NCBI GenBank assembly: GCA_002358575.1
Contig: DEPD01000093.1
Coordinates: forward strand, 14,487-78,486
Source of the DNA: Lachnospiraceae bacterium UBA3401
Lineage (GTDB): Bacteria; Bacillota; Clostridia; Lachnospirales; Lachnospiraceae
Direction: 5' to 3'
DNA length: 64,000 nucleotides
Shown here in pieces: positions 48,674-58,608 of the stretch. The notes beneath the pieces are model-generated. The model worked only from the letters and a program-made list of their open reading frames with translations. It was not told the DNA's origin and ran no database searches. Every line of letters starts with the position of its first letter. Positions within the stretch are counted from its first letter, which is position 1. Both the position numbers and the translations under genes were made by a program.

Positions 48674-50416
48674 ATGGATATAATTAAGAAAATGCGCTAC
48701 ATTCTGGACAGGAGGCAGAAAATCCAAATCTGTTTTTTGGGTGTTCTAATCTTTATAGGCGGTCTGCTTGAGACAGTCAGTGTATCGGGAGTGCTGCCGA
48801 TTGCATGGGCGATTATAGATCCTGCTGAGATGCAGGAAAACAAGTATATGCAGTGGGCAATGCAGGCGCTTGGCATTCAGGATATTCAGGGATTTATTAT
48901 TCCACTTTTGCTTGCGCTGATTTTTTTATATGCACTAAAAAATGCTTTTTTGCTTTTGCTTGTATATGTGCAGAATCGTTTTATTGCACTAAATCGCAAC
49001 AAATTAATTAGTCAAGTGCTGCGGGAATTTTTAAATAGACCATATGAGTTTTATCTGGATGCGGATATTCCCACTGTGTTTCGACTGACAGACAGCGATA
49101 TTCCAAATGTATTTAATATTCTGATGGCAATGATTTCTCTGGTGTCCGAGTCCGTGGTGTTTGTTCTGCTCTGCATTGTAATGATTGTTACAGATTGGAA
49201 ATTGTTATTGTTTTTGCTTGTAGTGTTTGGGATTCTTTCTTTTTTAATTATTAAGGTATTGAAGCCGCGTCTTGCAAAATTGGGGGAAAAAAATCAATCT
49301 ATTCAGTCAAAAATTGCAAAGTGGAGGATTCAGGCAATTTATGGCATTAAAGATGTCAAGGTCCTGCACAGGGAAGCATTTTTTGCAGACAATTATGAGC
49401 AGAGCGGCAAAGTTGGCGCTGGATATGCAGAGCGGCACGCTGTTTTAAATAATCTACCTAGACTGTTAATTGAGACTGTTTTTATGGCAAGTGTGCTTGG
49501 GTATATTGTTCTGTATATTTCTTTTGGAAAGGATGCCTCCTCGCTTGTGCCAATGCTTACAACGTTTGCAATAGCAGCAATCCGCATGATGCCAAGTGTA
49601 AACCGCATCAATACTTATCTGACTGATATTTCTTTTTTCCGTCCCTGTCTTGACTACGTGTATGAAAATATGAATATCAATGAAATCAGCCGCAGAACAA
49701 ATCAGACTTTGCAGCCTGCCGACAGGTCAAAGAAGATGCAGCTTCAGAATTGTATTGCACTGAAAGATATTGTATATGCCTACCCCAATACGGACAAACT
49801 GATATTTGACAAGGCGAATATGATTGTTCCCTATGGAAAATCCGTTGGAATTATGGGCCCATCAGGCGCGGGAAAATCAACAATTGTAGATATCCTTCTA
49901 GGACTTTTAAAAATTAGAGAGGGCAGTATTACCTGTGACGGCGTTAATATCTTTGACAATTATCCGGCATGGCTTGCACAGATTGGCTATATTCCGCAGT
50001 CTATTTATCTAATAGACGAATCTATCAGAAATAATATTGCGTTTGGAATTGCGGAGAAGGAGATTGACGATGACTGCATCTGGCAGGCGCTTGAGGAAGC
50101 TCAGTTAAAAGAGTTTATTAAAGGACTTCCAGAGGGATTAGATACTACCATTGGAGATCGAGGAATCCGTATTTCAGGCGGGCAAAGACAGCGCCTTGGA
50201 ATTGCGCGGGCGCTCTATCATAATCCAGAGATTCTTGTGTTTGACGAGGCAACTTCTGCGCTTGACAATGAGACGGAGGCAGCAGTGATGGAGGCAATCA
50301 ACAGTTTCCATGGCAGAAAGACAATGGTGATTATTGCACACAGGTTAAATACAATTGAGAAGTGCGATATTATCTATAAAGTAGATGCGGGAAAAATTGT
50401 GAAAACGACGTTATAA
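48674..50416 (+). CDS. ABC exporter, fused TMD-NBD (MsbA/PglK type)
   Basis: 580 aa. Six N-terminal hydrophobic segments. Walker A GPSGAGKST, signature ISGGQRQRLGIARAL, Walker B ILVFDEATSALD, H-loop IAHRL. Confidence 0.9.
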   Translation: MDIIKKMRYILDRRQKIQICFLGVLIFIGGLLETVSVSGVLPIAWAIIDPAEMQENKYMQWAMQALGIQDIQGFIIPLLLALIFLYALKNAFLLLLVYVQNRFIALNRNKLISQVLREFLNRPYEFYLDADIPTVFRLTDSDIPNVFNILMAMISLVSESVVFVLLCIVMIVTDWKLLLFLLVVFGILSFLIIKVLKPRLAKLGEKNQSIQSKIAKWRIQAIYGIKDVKVLHREAFFADNYEQSGKVGAGYAERHAVLNNLPRLLIETVFMASVLGYIVLYISFGKDASSLVPMLTTFAIAAIRMMPSVNRINTYLTDISFFRPCLDYVYENMNINEISRRTNQTLQPADRSKKMQLQNCIALKDIVYAYPNTDKLIFDKANMIVPYGKSVGIMGPSGAGKSTIVDILLGLLKIREGSITCDGVNIFDNYPAWLAQIGYIPQSIYLIDESIRNNIAFGIAEKEIDDDCIWQALEEAQLKEFIKGLPEGLDTTIGDRGIRISGGQRQRLGIARALYHNPEILVFDEATSALDNETEAAVMEAINSFHGRKTMVIIAHRLNTIEKCDIIYKVDAGKIVKTTL

Positions 50417-50430
50417 AAAGCGAGAATAAT

Positions 50431-51447
50431 ATGGAAAAGAAACCAATTATTGCAACAGAACTGCTGAAAGGGCAGGGGCTTGGCAATCAGTTGTTCTGTT
50501 ATGTGACAACAAGGGCGCTTGCACACGCCAAAAACTATGATTTTAGCATATTGAACAGCCAACTGTTAGACTGCATGTATTTTATGGAGCTGGACTGTGG
50601 GCTGGACAGGACAAAAGAGCAGTTTACAGAGACGTATTATGAGAAAGAGGATAGGATTTATCTTGGAAATTCAAGGCATGATATAGAACATGGCTGTTAT
50701 ATTACTGGCGCGGACAATCGATTTTTGACACTTGACCGAACAATACTTCTGTATGGAAATATGCAGGATGAGTCCTACTTTGGGAAGTATAAAAAAGAAA
50801 TTAAAACATGGCTGAAAGTAAAACCAGCGTATGATTGTAAGGATTACGCCAAAGAAAATCTTTGTATTATCAATATTCGAGGTGGGGAGTACACCAGCAA
50901 CCCAGAACTGTTTTTAAGGCGCAAATACTGGCTTGATGCCATCAAGATTATGCGGCAGATTCGCCCCGATATGGAATTTATGACAATAACAGACGATCTG
51001 GCGGCGGCAAAAAGAATCCTTCCAGAGATAAAGGCATATCATTTTGACTTGGCAGGAGACTATACCATTATTAAAAACGCAAGTTATTTAATATTATCCA
51101 ACTCGACTTTTGCTTTTTTTCCAGCATTTACAAGCGATACAGTGCAGTATATTATTGCGCCGAAATATTGGGCTAGGCATAATGTGTCAAATGGGTATTG
51201 GGCTTCGGAACAGAATATATATTCGGATTTTATGTATCTTGACAGAAAAGGAAAGCTCTACACAGCCGAAGAATGCAGAGAAGCGCTTGACAAATATAGG
51301 AAAAAGTCGGTATCCTATAAAAGGATTGGACAGAGACTAGAAGGAACGGCTTTGATGGCAGCAAAGATAAAAAGTCAATGGCTGATCTATCAGGATTTGT
51401 CTGTAAGGGCTGTGCGGTCTTTAAAACGCAGATTGAAAAGTTTGTGA
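50431..51447 (+). CDS. GT11-like glycosyltransferase (second fucosyltransferase-type gene)
   Basis: 338 aa. GQGLGNQLFCYV, CIINIRGGEY, ITDD, LSNSTFAFFPAF parallel the GT11 motif order but are more divergent than in 42151..43047. Confidence 0.6.
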   Translation: MEKKPIIATELLKGQGLGNQLFCYVTTRALAHAKNYDFSILNSQLLDCMYFMELDCGLDRTKEQFTETYYEKEDRIYLGNSRHDIEHGCYITGADNRFLTLDRTILLYGNMQDESYFGKYKKEIKTWLKVKPAYDCKDYAKENLCIINIRGGEYTSNPELFLRRKYWLDAIKIMRQIRPDMEFMTITDDLAAAKRILPEIKAYHFDLAGDYTIIKNASYLILSNSTFAFFPAFTSDTVQYIIAPKYWARHNVSNGYWASEQNIYSDFMYLDRKGKLYTAEECREALDKYRKKSVSYKRIGQRLEGTALMAAKIKSQWLIYQDLSVRAVRSLKRRLKSL

Positions 51448-51481
51448 AAGGGCTGACAGCGAAAGGGGCAGGATTTAAATT

Positions 51482-52225
51482 ATGGATAACAGCACTAAAA
51501 AATTAAATCTGCCACAAGTGACACTTGTGGCGATGACCAGCGTGAATGTCAGGGCAACCATCAAGGCAATGCAGTACAGTATGCGCGGGATTGTGTTTGG
51601 AGATGCAGTGCTTATCACGCATAGAAAGCCATTTGGACTGCCCAAAGCGATCCGTTATAGCCACACAGATAAATTAAAAAATATTGATGATTTTAATTAC
51701 AAGATGGTCTATGAATTGGGAAGCCACATTCACACGGATTTTGCATTGATTGTCCATGCAGATGGATTTGTCGTACACCCGGAAATGTGGCAAGATGCAT
51801 TTTTGGATTATGATTATATTGGTGCACCGTGGCCGTTGCCGCCCGAGAAAGATACAACTACTTACCGAGATAAAAATGGAAATATCTGCCGTGTTGGAAA
51901 CAGTGCAGGAATACGAAGCAAACGTCTGATGGATTTCCCCAGAAAAGCAGGGATTCCATGGGAGGGAGAATATGCGTACGGGCGCATGTGGTACTACGAG
52001 GATGGTTTTATCTGTTGTAAGATTCGCCATCTGCTAGAGGCAGAAGGAATGCGCATTGCCCCGCTAGAAGTGGCAAAGTACTACAGCCATGAAAAAATGA
52101 TACCAGAAGTGCAGGGAATCATACCATTTGCGTTTCATAAGTGGGAAGGGACGAACGCACAATATCCGAATTTTATCAAAGAACCATTTTTGAGACGGTG
52201 TAAGAGATTATTGCGAAAAGGATAA
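51482..52225 (+). CDS. Putative glycosyltransferase-like protein (DUF5672-like, from memory)
   Basis: 247 aa, soluble. LPQVTLVAMTSVNV...AVLITHRKP...FALIVHADGFVVHPEMW. A decayed copy of its 3' end lies at 54618-54710. Confidence 0.5.
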   Translation: MDNSTKKLNLPQVTLVAMTSVNVRATIKAMQYSMRGIVFGDAVLITHRKPFGLPKAIRYSHTDKLKNIDDFNYKMVYELGSHIHTDFALIVHADGFVVHPEMWQDAFLDYDYIGAPWPLPPEKDTTTYRDKNGNICRVGNSAGIRSKRLMDFPRKAGIPWEGEYAYGRMWYYEDGFICCKIRHLLEAEGMRIAPLEVAKYYSHEKMIPEVQGIIPFAFHKWEGTNAQYPNFIKEPFLRRCKRLLRKG

Positions 52226-52232
52226 AAGGAAT

Positions 52233-54539
52233 ATGAAAGAATGGATTGCGCAGAATAAAGGTTATACAATTGTGCTTGCAGTGGAAATGTTATTTGTATT
52301 AATTATGCTGCTTGTCGCATTCCGAAAACCGACTGCGTATACTTTGGATAACACAAATATAACTATATTAGATGATGAGGTTCTTCTGGAAAACGATGGG
52401 AGCTATCACGTGATAGGCACGCGTATGGGAGAGCAGTCATCACAGGAAGTGCTTCGGTCAGTGCCATTTGCATTGCCCCATGGAATGTATGAGGTGGTGG
52501 TTTCCTATGAGTCTATTTTTGGAAAAGAGAGTACATGTGAGGATTACACAGGTTCTGTGCAGATAACATCACAGAAACATCGTGCAGGATTTCAATGTAG
52601 TGAAATTTTGTTGCAAGACATCAAAACAAGTATGACAGACCGGCTTTGGGTGCGGTCTTTTAATGGTGTGAAAGATCTGGAAGTGCATGTGTTATTTAGC
52701 GGTGTTGGGGAGCTTCGCCTTTCCGCAATAGAAATTAAAGAATTATCCTTGTGGCGTTTTGTCTGCCTGTTTGGCTGGATTTTGTTGTTTGCTGTGGCAG
52801 ATGTTGGATATCGATACTTTTTTACCCGCAATAATTATGCCAATAAACAGATTGTGATTGTGCTTGGACTTACCATATTCTTTTCAAGTCTGCCATTGTT
52901 TATGGATTTTCTGTATTGGGGGCATGATATGGATTTTCACACTGCCCGCATCTGGTCTCTGGCAGAAGGAATCAAAAATGGACATTGGATTGTGCCAATT
53001 CAAACGGAAATGGTAAATGGATATGGATATGCGACACCGCTATTTTACAGCCAATTATTTTTATATATTCCTGCGTTAATTTACTGTCTGGGTGCACCCT
53101 TGCAGGTGTCTTATCAAATATACGCAATTCTAATCAATGCGGCATCTTGTCTAATTTGTTTCTATTGTATAAAGGAGTTGTTTCGCAACAAGCGTTTTGC
53201 CTTGTTTGGCGCTATTTTATATACCTTGTCAGCATATCGCCTTGCAGATGTCTACACAAGGGCTTCTGTTGGGGAGTACACAGCAATGGCATTTTTGCCG
53301 CTTGTATTATATGGATTTGCGCGCGTGTATATGACTGAGGAGAAAAAAATTACTTGGCATGACTACATGCCAATTGTGATTGGTCTTACAGGGATTATTC
53401 GATGCCATATCCTTACCTGCGAGCTGACTGCACTGTGTATTTTATTGTTTTGCCTGCTTACCATCAAAAAAACATTTCAGCCACAAAGATTTTTGGCGTT
53501 AGTGCGAGCAGCACTGATAACGTTTGCTGTGAACGCGGCATTTCTGATACCATTTTTATCTTCTATGACAATGAATCTAAATGTGAAGGCAAACCAAGTC
53601 AATCAGATTCAAGAGCAAGGAACCTATCTTGTGCAGGCATTAGGATTGTTTATGACTGCGACGGGTGGAAGTGTCAAGGGAACGCTTGACGAGATGCCAA
53701 TGTCCGTTGGTTTTTCCTTGATTATAGGGATTGGCATTCTCCTATATTGTTGTGCAAAGAGATATGACTGGGAGATTGAGCGGGATAAAATGTTGCGGTT
53801 TGGCACGTACTGTGCTGGTTTTGCAGTGTTAAGCATTTTATTTTCTCTGCGGTTTATGCCATGGGACAGCATACGAAATATCAGCGGTATAATTGCCAAG
53901 ATGCTTTGTATGATTCAGTATCCTTGGCGTTACTATGCTTTTGCGACCGTTTTTGGTGTCTTTGCTGCAGTGACAGGTGTAAAAGTGATTTCGGAATACA
54001 AAGGCAGTGTCACAGTAAAATTGTGCTGTGGTATAATGCTTTTGTTTACGATGTTAAATGCAGGAATGTTTTTTCGAGACTTTGCAAACGAAGCTAAGAC
54101 CATCACTGTCTATGGCGCAATGCCCACTGAGATTGGTTATGGAGAATATTTGCCCACAGGTACTGTAATGGAAGAATTAAAAGTGCGAAAAATAGTTACA
54201 GATGAGACATCTGTAACGGTGAGTGGATATCAGTATATAGATGGCGTGACAACATTTTCTTGCAAAAATGAGTCCAAAGAGGAAAAAGTGGTAGAAATTC
54301 CACTGTTAAATTATGATCACTATCATGCATATGATAAAAATAGTGGACAAGAGTTCCCAATTCGCAATGGTCATAACAATTATGTCAATATCGTAATTAG
54401 TCCACAGTATGAAGGGGAAATTGAGATTCGCTATGTGATACCTTTTCTGTGGAAAGTGGGGTATCTCCTCTCAACAGTGTCTGTTATAGGGGTGATTGCA
54501 ATCGCTGGGATTGCCAGATGGAAAAGAAGAAAGGCTTAG
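52233..54539 (+). CDS. Large GT-C-fold-like membrane protein (YfhO-like)
   Basis: 768 aa. An N-terminal TM plus an ~150-aa soluble region, then more than 10 TM segments with the loop motif YWGHDMDFHTARIWSLAEGIKNGHW, then a C-terminal soluble domain and a final TM. Confidence 0.65.
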   Translation: MKEWIAQNKGYTIVLAVEMLFVLIMLLVAFRKPTAYTLDNTNITILDDEVLLENDGSYHVIGTRMGEQSSQEVLRSVPFALPHGMYEVVVSYESIFGKESTCEDYTGSVQITSQKHRAGFQCSEILLQDIKTSMTDRLWVRSFNGVKDLEVHVLFSGVGELRLSAIEIKELSLWRFVCLFGWILLFAVADVGYRYFFTRNNYANKQIVIVLGLTIFFSSLPLFMDFLYWGHDMDFHTARIWSLAEGIKNGHWIVPIQTEMVNGYGYATPLFYSQLFLYIPALIYCLGAPLQVSYQIYAILINAASCLICFYCIKELFRNKRFALFGAILYTLSAYRLADVYTRASVGEYTAMAFLPLVLYGFARVYMTEEKKITWHDYMPIVIGLTGIIRCHILTCELTALCILLFCLLTIKKTFQPQRFLALVRAALITFAVNAAFLIPFLSSMTMNLNVKANQVNQIQEQGTYLVQALGLFMTATGGSVKGTLDEMPMSVGFSLIIGIGILLYCCAKRYDWEIERDKMLRFGTYCAGFAVLSILFSLRFMPWDSIRNISGIIAKMLCMIQYPWRYYAFATVFGVFAAVTGVKVISEYKGSVTVKLCCGIMLLFTMLNAGMFFRDFANEAKTITVYGAMPTEIGYGEYLPTGTVMEELKVRKIVTDETSVTVSGYQYIDGVTTFSCKNESKEEKVVEIPLLNYDHYHAYDKNSGQEFPIRNGHNNYVNIVISPQYEGEIEIRYVIPFLWKVGYLLSTVSVIGVIAIAGIARWKRRKA

Positions 54540-54544
54540 AGAAG

Positions 54545-54710
54545 ATGGTCTATGATTGTTTTCAGTTTTTTAATGAATTTCATCGAAGGGGATGTATGGG
54601 CGGATGTGGTATATGGTCATGAGAAAATAGTACCAGAAGTGCAAGAAATCATGCCGTTTGCGTTTTATAATGGGAGGAAACCAATACACAATATCTGAAT
54701 TTTATCAGGG
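54545..54710 (+). pseudogene. Mosaic of two gene fragments: 5' end of a GT17-type gene fused to the 3' end of a DUF5672-like gene
   Basis: 54545-54577 ATGGTCTATGATTGTTTTCAGTTTTTTAATGAA matches the start of the GT17 gene at 56706-56738 at 31 of 33 nt. 54618-54710 (HEKIVPEVQEIMPFAFYNG...) parallels 52088-52180 (HEKMIPEVQGIIPFAFHKWEG...). The two pieces are in different frames and both are stopped (TGA 54620-54622 and 54696-54698). Confidence 0.8.
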
Positions 54711-54723
54711 GGTCTTGTACAGA

Positions 54724-56670
54724 ATGTATGAAGAAGGGTATAAGGAAAATAATCGAAGGAAGATTTTCAAGGAAGATGGACTAAATTGGCAAAAATTACT
54801 TCTGTCAGGTAAAGTATTGTGGACAGTACTTGCTTTTTCCATGAATTATGGAATTGTAGAGAGGAAAATAGCAGAAAGAAATTTTGAAAAGATATATTCG
54901 TTTCTTCCAGATATTTCAGTCTTTTTAAATGGCATTGATGCACAGCCGCTTATAACTTTGTTGTTATTGTGGTTTCTTGGAAAATATTATAAAATTTCTG
55001 ATGCTGGTATAAGGGACAGAAGAAAAAGGTTTACAGTAGAAATGTTGACACTGATTGCTTCTATAAGCCTCTTTACTGGAACAGCTATTTACAGATATGA
55101 GAGTCTGGATATACTGTTCTTAGGGGGAATACAGTGCGTAAAAAGTTTTATTATAGCAGGCGGATATTATTTGTTTTTTCAAAAACTATTTACTATTATG
55201 ACAAATGTATATGAGAAGTTGATGGACAATCAAAAAAACGGTCTTGTGATTTACTTTTTTGAAAGAAAATATGTAGGACTGTTTGTTTTTATTACATTGC
55301 TTATATTATGGGGAGGAACTCTTTTCGTTTACTATCCAGCATTTTTTATGGGGGATACAGAGGATATTTTGTATATGGCATTCAATTATCCTACGGGATT
55401 GGCAGATGCCGTATTACTGCCTAGGGAAGATGTATACTTAACCAATCATCATCCTATATTATATACAGGATTTATTAGAATTATTATGGATATTGTCAGA
55501 AAATTTGGGGGAGGGGATGCATGTGCTATATTTATATGTGCAATTGTGCAATGTGTAGTGAGTGCTGGTATTTTGTCGTATAGCTGCATATACTGTGCAA
55601 GAGAATTAAAAAAGCCCCGTGCAGCAATGTTTGCATTGATATTCTGGACGATATGCCCATGGGTATCCAAGTATGCTATTATGATTTCTAAAGATACACT
55701 CTTTGCAGGGTTTATTTTGTTATTTGGGGTAAATCTGCATGGCTTATTGAATTCTGAGAATAATTCTGTGAAAAAAATAAAGCATAGTTTCGGTGTTTTA
55801 CTATCTGCATTGATGGTTTTGCTGCTGCGGAAAAACGGTTTATATATTGTGGAATTTACATTTGTTTCTTTGTTGTTTTTATACAGGAAATATTGGAAAC
55901 GATGGTTTGTGTACATTGTATTAACTGTTTTAATTCAGTTTGGTTTTTCTAATATAATATTGCCTGCGGCAGAGATCGCTAATGGGAGTATAAGAGAAGC
56001 GTTATCGATCCCTTTTCAGCAGACAGCAAGATACATACAAAGGCATGGGGACGAGGTGACAGAACAGGAGCGGGAGGCAATTAACGCTGTGTTGCAGTAT
56101 GATGTTTTGGCGGAGATATATTCATCTGATATCTCAGATCCGGTTAAAGGTACATTTCGGATTGATACAGATAATGAGAAGCTAATAAATTATTTTAAAG
56201 TTTGGTTTGCTATGTTTTGGAAACATCCTGAGACGTATGCGGCAGCAACGATAAGTAATTATTATGGTTATTTCTATCCTGTTGTAAATGATATACAGAA
56301 GTTGTATAGGACAAGTGTTGGTAGTATGTATAATGCTGGTAGGGATGGATATTTTGAATTTTCTAATATTTATGATGAAGTACATGTATGGCTTAGGGAT
56401 TTATGTTCTCTATATGATATGGTATGGATGAAGACTCCGGTAATAAATATTCTTATGACAAGTGCATTTTATGTGTGGGTAGTTCTGACTGGTTGGTTGA
56501 TGAAGCTGGGCAGAGGGGACAAATGTGGCTTTGCATTTATGCTTGTGTTCGGTTTGACGACACTGACGGCTCTAGTAGGACCATGTAATGCAATTGATTA
56601 TGAGAGGTATATTTATCCATTAATTTTAGGATATCCTATTATTTTAGGTGTGTTATTTTACGAAGAATGA
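54724..56670 (+). CDS. Large multipass membrane protein (DUF6020-like, from memory)
   Basis: Track ORF 54658..56670 starts inside the fragment mosaic, so ATG 54724 or 54670 is more plausible. More than 10 hydrophobic segments. Loop YYPAFFMGDTEDILYMAFNYPTG...YLTNHHPILYTG. Visibly AT-rich. Confidence 0.65.
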   Translation: MYEEGYKENNRRKIFKEDGLNWQKLLLSGKVLWTVLAFSMNYGIVERKIAERNFEKIYSFLPDISVFLNGIDAQPLITLLLLWFLGKYYKISDAGIRDRRKRFTVEMLTLIASISLFTGTAIYRYESLDILFLGGIQCVKSFIIAGGYYLFFQKLFTIMTNVYEKLMDNQKNGLVIYFFERKYVGLFVFITLLILWGGTLFVYYPAFFMGDTEDILYMAFNYPTGLADAVLLPREDVYLTNHHPILYTGFIRIIMDIVRKFGGGDACAIFICAIVQCVVSAGILSYSCIYCARELKKPRAAMFALIFWTICPWVSKYAIMISKDTLFAGFILLFGVNLHGLLNSENNSVKKIKHSFGVLLSALMVLLLRKNGLYIVEFTFVSLLFLYRKYWKRWFVYIVLTVLIQFGFSNIILPAAEIANGSIREALSIPFQQTARYIQRHGDEVTEQEREAINAVLQYDVLAEIYSSDISDPVKGTFRIDTDNEKLINYFKVWFAMFWKHPETYAAATISNYYGYFYPVVNDIQKLYRTSVGSMYNAGRDGYFEFSNIYDEVHVWLRDLCSLYDMVWMKTPVINILMTSAFYVWVVLTGWLMKLGRGDKCGFAFMLVFGLTTLTALVGPCNAIDYERYIYPLILGYPIILGVLFYEE

Positions 56671-56705
56671 AAGAATTATATTTTAGAAAAGAGGATGTGT
56701 GAAAT

Positions 56706-57656
56706 ATGGTATATGACTGTTTTCAGTTTTTTAATGAACTGGATATCCTGAAAATAAGATTAAATATTCTAAATTCTGTAGTGGACAAATTTGTAATTAG
56801 TGAGGCGACAGAGACTTTTTCTGGTCTAAAAAAGCCTTTATATTACGAAGAGAATAAATATTTGTTTGCAGAGTTTGCAGATAAAATTATTCATGTGGTG
56901 GTTGATGATACTCCTGAGGGCGGCACACATGAGCGCGATACATTCCAGAAAAATGCAGTGACCCGAGGGCTTTCAGTCTGTAAAGATGAGGATATTATTC
57001 TGTTCAGCGATCTTGACGAAATTCCAAATCCTGATAAAATTCGCGAGATTTTGCAGAACTTTCAAGAGGATAAAATTTATCATTTTGCACAGCGGCTTTT
57101 TTATTGTTATCTCAATATGGAAGAAGTCTCTGGAAATTTGCTGTCCTATGCGGGAGAGTTTGAGGGTGTAACACATAAGAAATGGATTGGAACAAAAATG
57201 TTAAGCTATCGGTTGCTAAGAGAACAACATTTGCTGCTTGGTGAACTTCGCTTTCCAGAGCGCAAAGAAATTGGGATTCGCGTGGAGGATGGGGGCTGGC
57301 ATTTTGGCTATATGGGTGGCCATGGCGAAAAAGATATTAGAAAGCGAGTGCAGGAAAAAGTCGTTTCAGCGGCACATCAGGAGTATAATTCCAGACATGT
57401 ATTGTCCAATGTGACAGACCAGATTAAGGATGGAAAGGATATATTTGGGCGCAATGCGCAGTTTGTCCGATGTGAGATTGACGAGACTTTTCCGCGCTAT
57501 ATCCGAGAACATCAAAAAGAGCTGGATTTTCTAATTATGAATGAGGAAAAAGGAGTGCAAAAAGCACTTCGCAGAATAAAAGTAATTGTAAAAAACAGTT
57601 GTTATCAAATATTGGTTGCAATGAAACGAATGGGCAGAAAAATTCTTAGGAAATGA
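56706..57656 (+). CDS. GT17-family glycosyltransferase (GnT-III-like)
   Basis: 316 aa. N-terminus MVYDCFQFFNELDILKIRLNILNSVVDKFVISEATETFSGLKKPLYY and SDLDEIP match the GT17 pattern. Confidence 0.75.
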   Translation: MVYDCFQFFNELDILKIRLNILNSVVDKFVISEATETFSGLKKPLYYEENKYLFAEFADKIIHVVVDDTPEGGTHERDTFQKNAVTRGLSVCKDEDIILFSDLDEIPNPDKIREILQNFQEDKIYHFAQRLFYCYLNMEEVSGNLLSYAGEFEGVTHKKWIGTKMLSYRLLREQHLLLGELRFPERKEIGIRVEDGGWHFGYMGGHGEKDIRKRVQEKVVSAAHQEYNSRHVLSNVTDQIKDGKDIFGRNAQFVRCEIDETFPRYIREHQKELDFLIMNEEKGVQKALRRIKVIVKNSCYQILVAMKRMGRKILRK

Positions 57657-58606
57657 GGTATCGTATGGGCAGGAAAGTTTCAATCTGTATTCCCTGTTAT
57701 AACAATGCAGCGGAAGTAAAACGCCTGTTAGATTCCATATATTGTCAGGACTACACAGATTTTGAAGTCAATATTTCCGATGATTCGACTGAGAATGCCA
57801 CAGAAAGACTTGTAAGAGAACACTATTCGGGTGTAAACTATTGCCATAACACAAAACCATATGGACATATTTTTAATTGGAATGCTGCAATTCGCATGGC
57901 ACAAGGAACCTACATTAAGATTATGTTTAGTGATGACTGGTTTACTTTTCCTGATAGTCTTGGTAAACTTGTCGAGCTGCTTGATAAGAATCCGAATGCG
58001 GTGCTTGCTTTTTCTGGGAGTCGGCAAGTGATGTTGGACGGACAAAATATAAATACATTGCATCACGCATCAGCGCACGAAACAAACAGTTATGACCGCT
58101 TTGCAGACAATGATTTTATAGAGAGGTTGCGCGGGGACTATAAAAATCTTTTCTTAGGGAATCAGATTGGGGCGCCAAGTGCTACACTCTATCGGCGCGG
58201 CAGTGAACTGACATTTTTTGATGAGCGCAGCAACTGGGCATCTGATATGTTTCTCTATTTTGATTTGCTTGAAAAGAATCCAGTATTTGCATATACAAGA
58301 GAGCCACTCATTTCCATTGGTGTCCATGAAAAACAGTATACAGAGAGTTTTTCGGAGAACGATTTGCGGATTTACAATGATTACCGATATATGTATCTAA
58401 AATATCACTTGCAGGAAAGTGTAGCGTGCAGCGCATATTTTACAGAAAAGTTTCTTTTAAAATATCATAGAGGACTGCAAGAGGCAAAAGAACTAGGGAT
58501 TAGCAAACACATGTTTTTTCAAAAATGGTTCGCAGAGCAGAAGGCGGCAGTACAGTGCTTTTTGCAAAACAGGATGCGGCTGTATCGCACGGGAAGGAAA
58601 CAATAA
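57653..58606 (+). CDS. GT2 glycosyltransferase
   Basis: 317 aa. VSICIPCYNNAAEVKRLLDSIYCQDYTDFEVNISDDS and FSDDWF. ATGA overlap with GT17 (alternative ATG at 57665). Confidence 0.8.
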   Translation: MRYRMGRKVSICIPCYNNAAEVKRLLDSIYCQDYTDFEVNISDDSTENATERLVREHYSGVNYCHNTKPYGHIFNWNAAIRMAQGTYIKIMFSDDWFTFPDSLGKLVELLDKNPNAVLAFSGSRQVMLDGQNINTLHHASAHETNSYDRFADNDFIERLRGDYKNLFLGNQIGAPSATLYRRGSELTFFDERSNWASDMFLYFDLLEKNPVFAYTREPLISIGVHEKQYTESFSENDLRIYNDYRYMYLKYHLQESVACSAYFTEKFLLKYHRGLQEAKELGISKHMFFQKWFAEQKAAVQCFLQNRMRLYRTGRKQ

Positions 58607-58608
58607 GA

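Noticed and set aside
55449-55916. 155-aa antisense ORF. Similar cases: 46843..47250 and 48106..48513.
   Set aside because: They lie opposite AT-rich membrane-protein genes and have no RBS or motifs. Long antisense frames are expected in AT-rich coding DNA.
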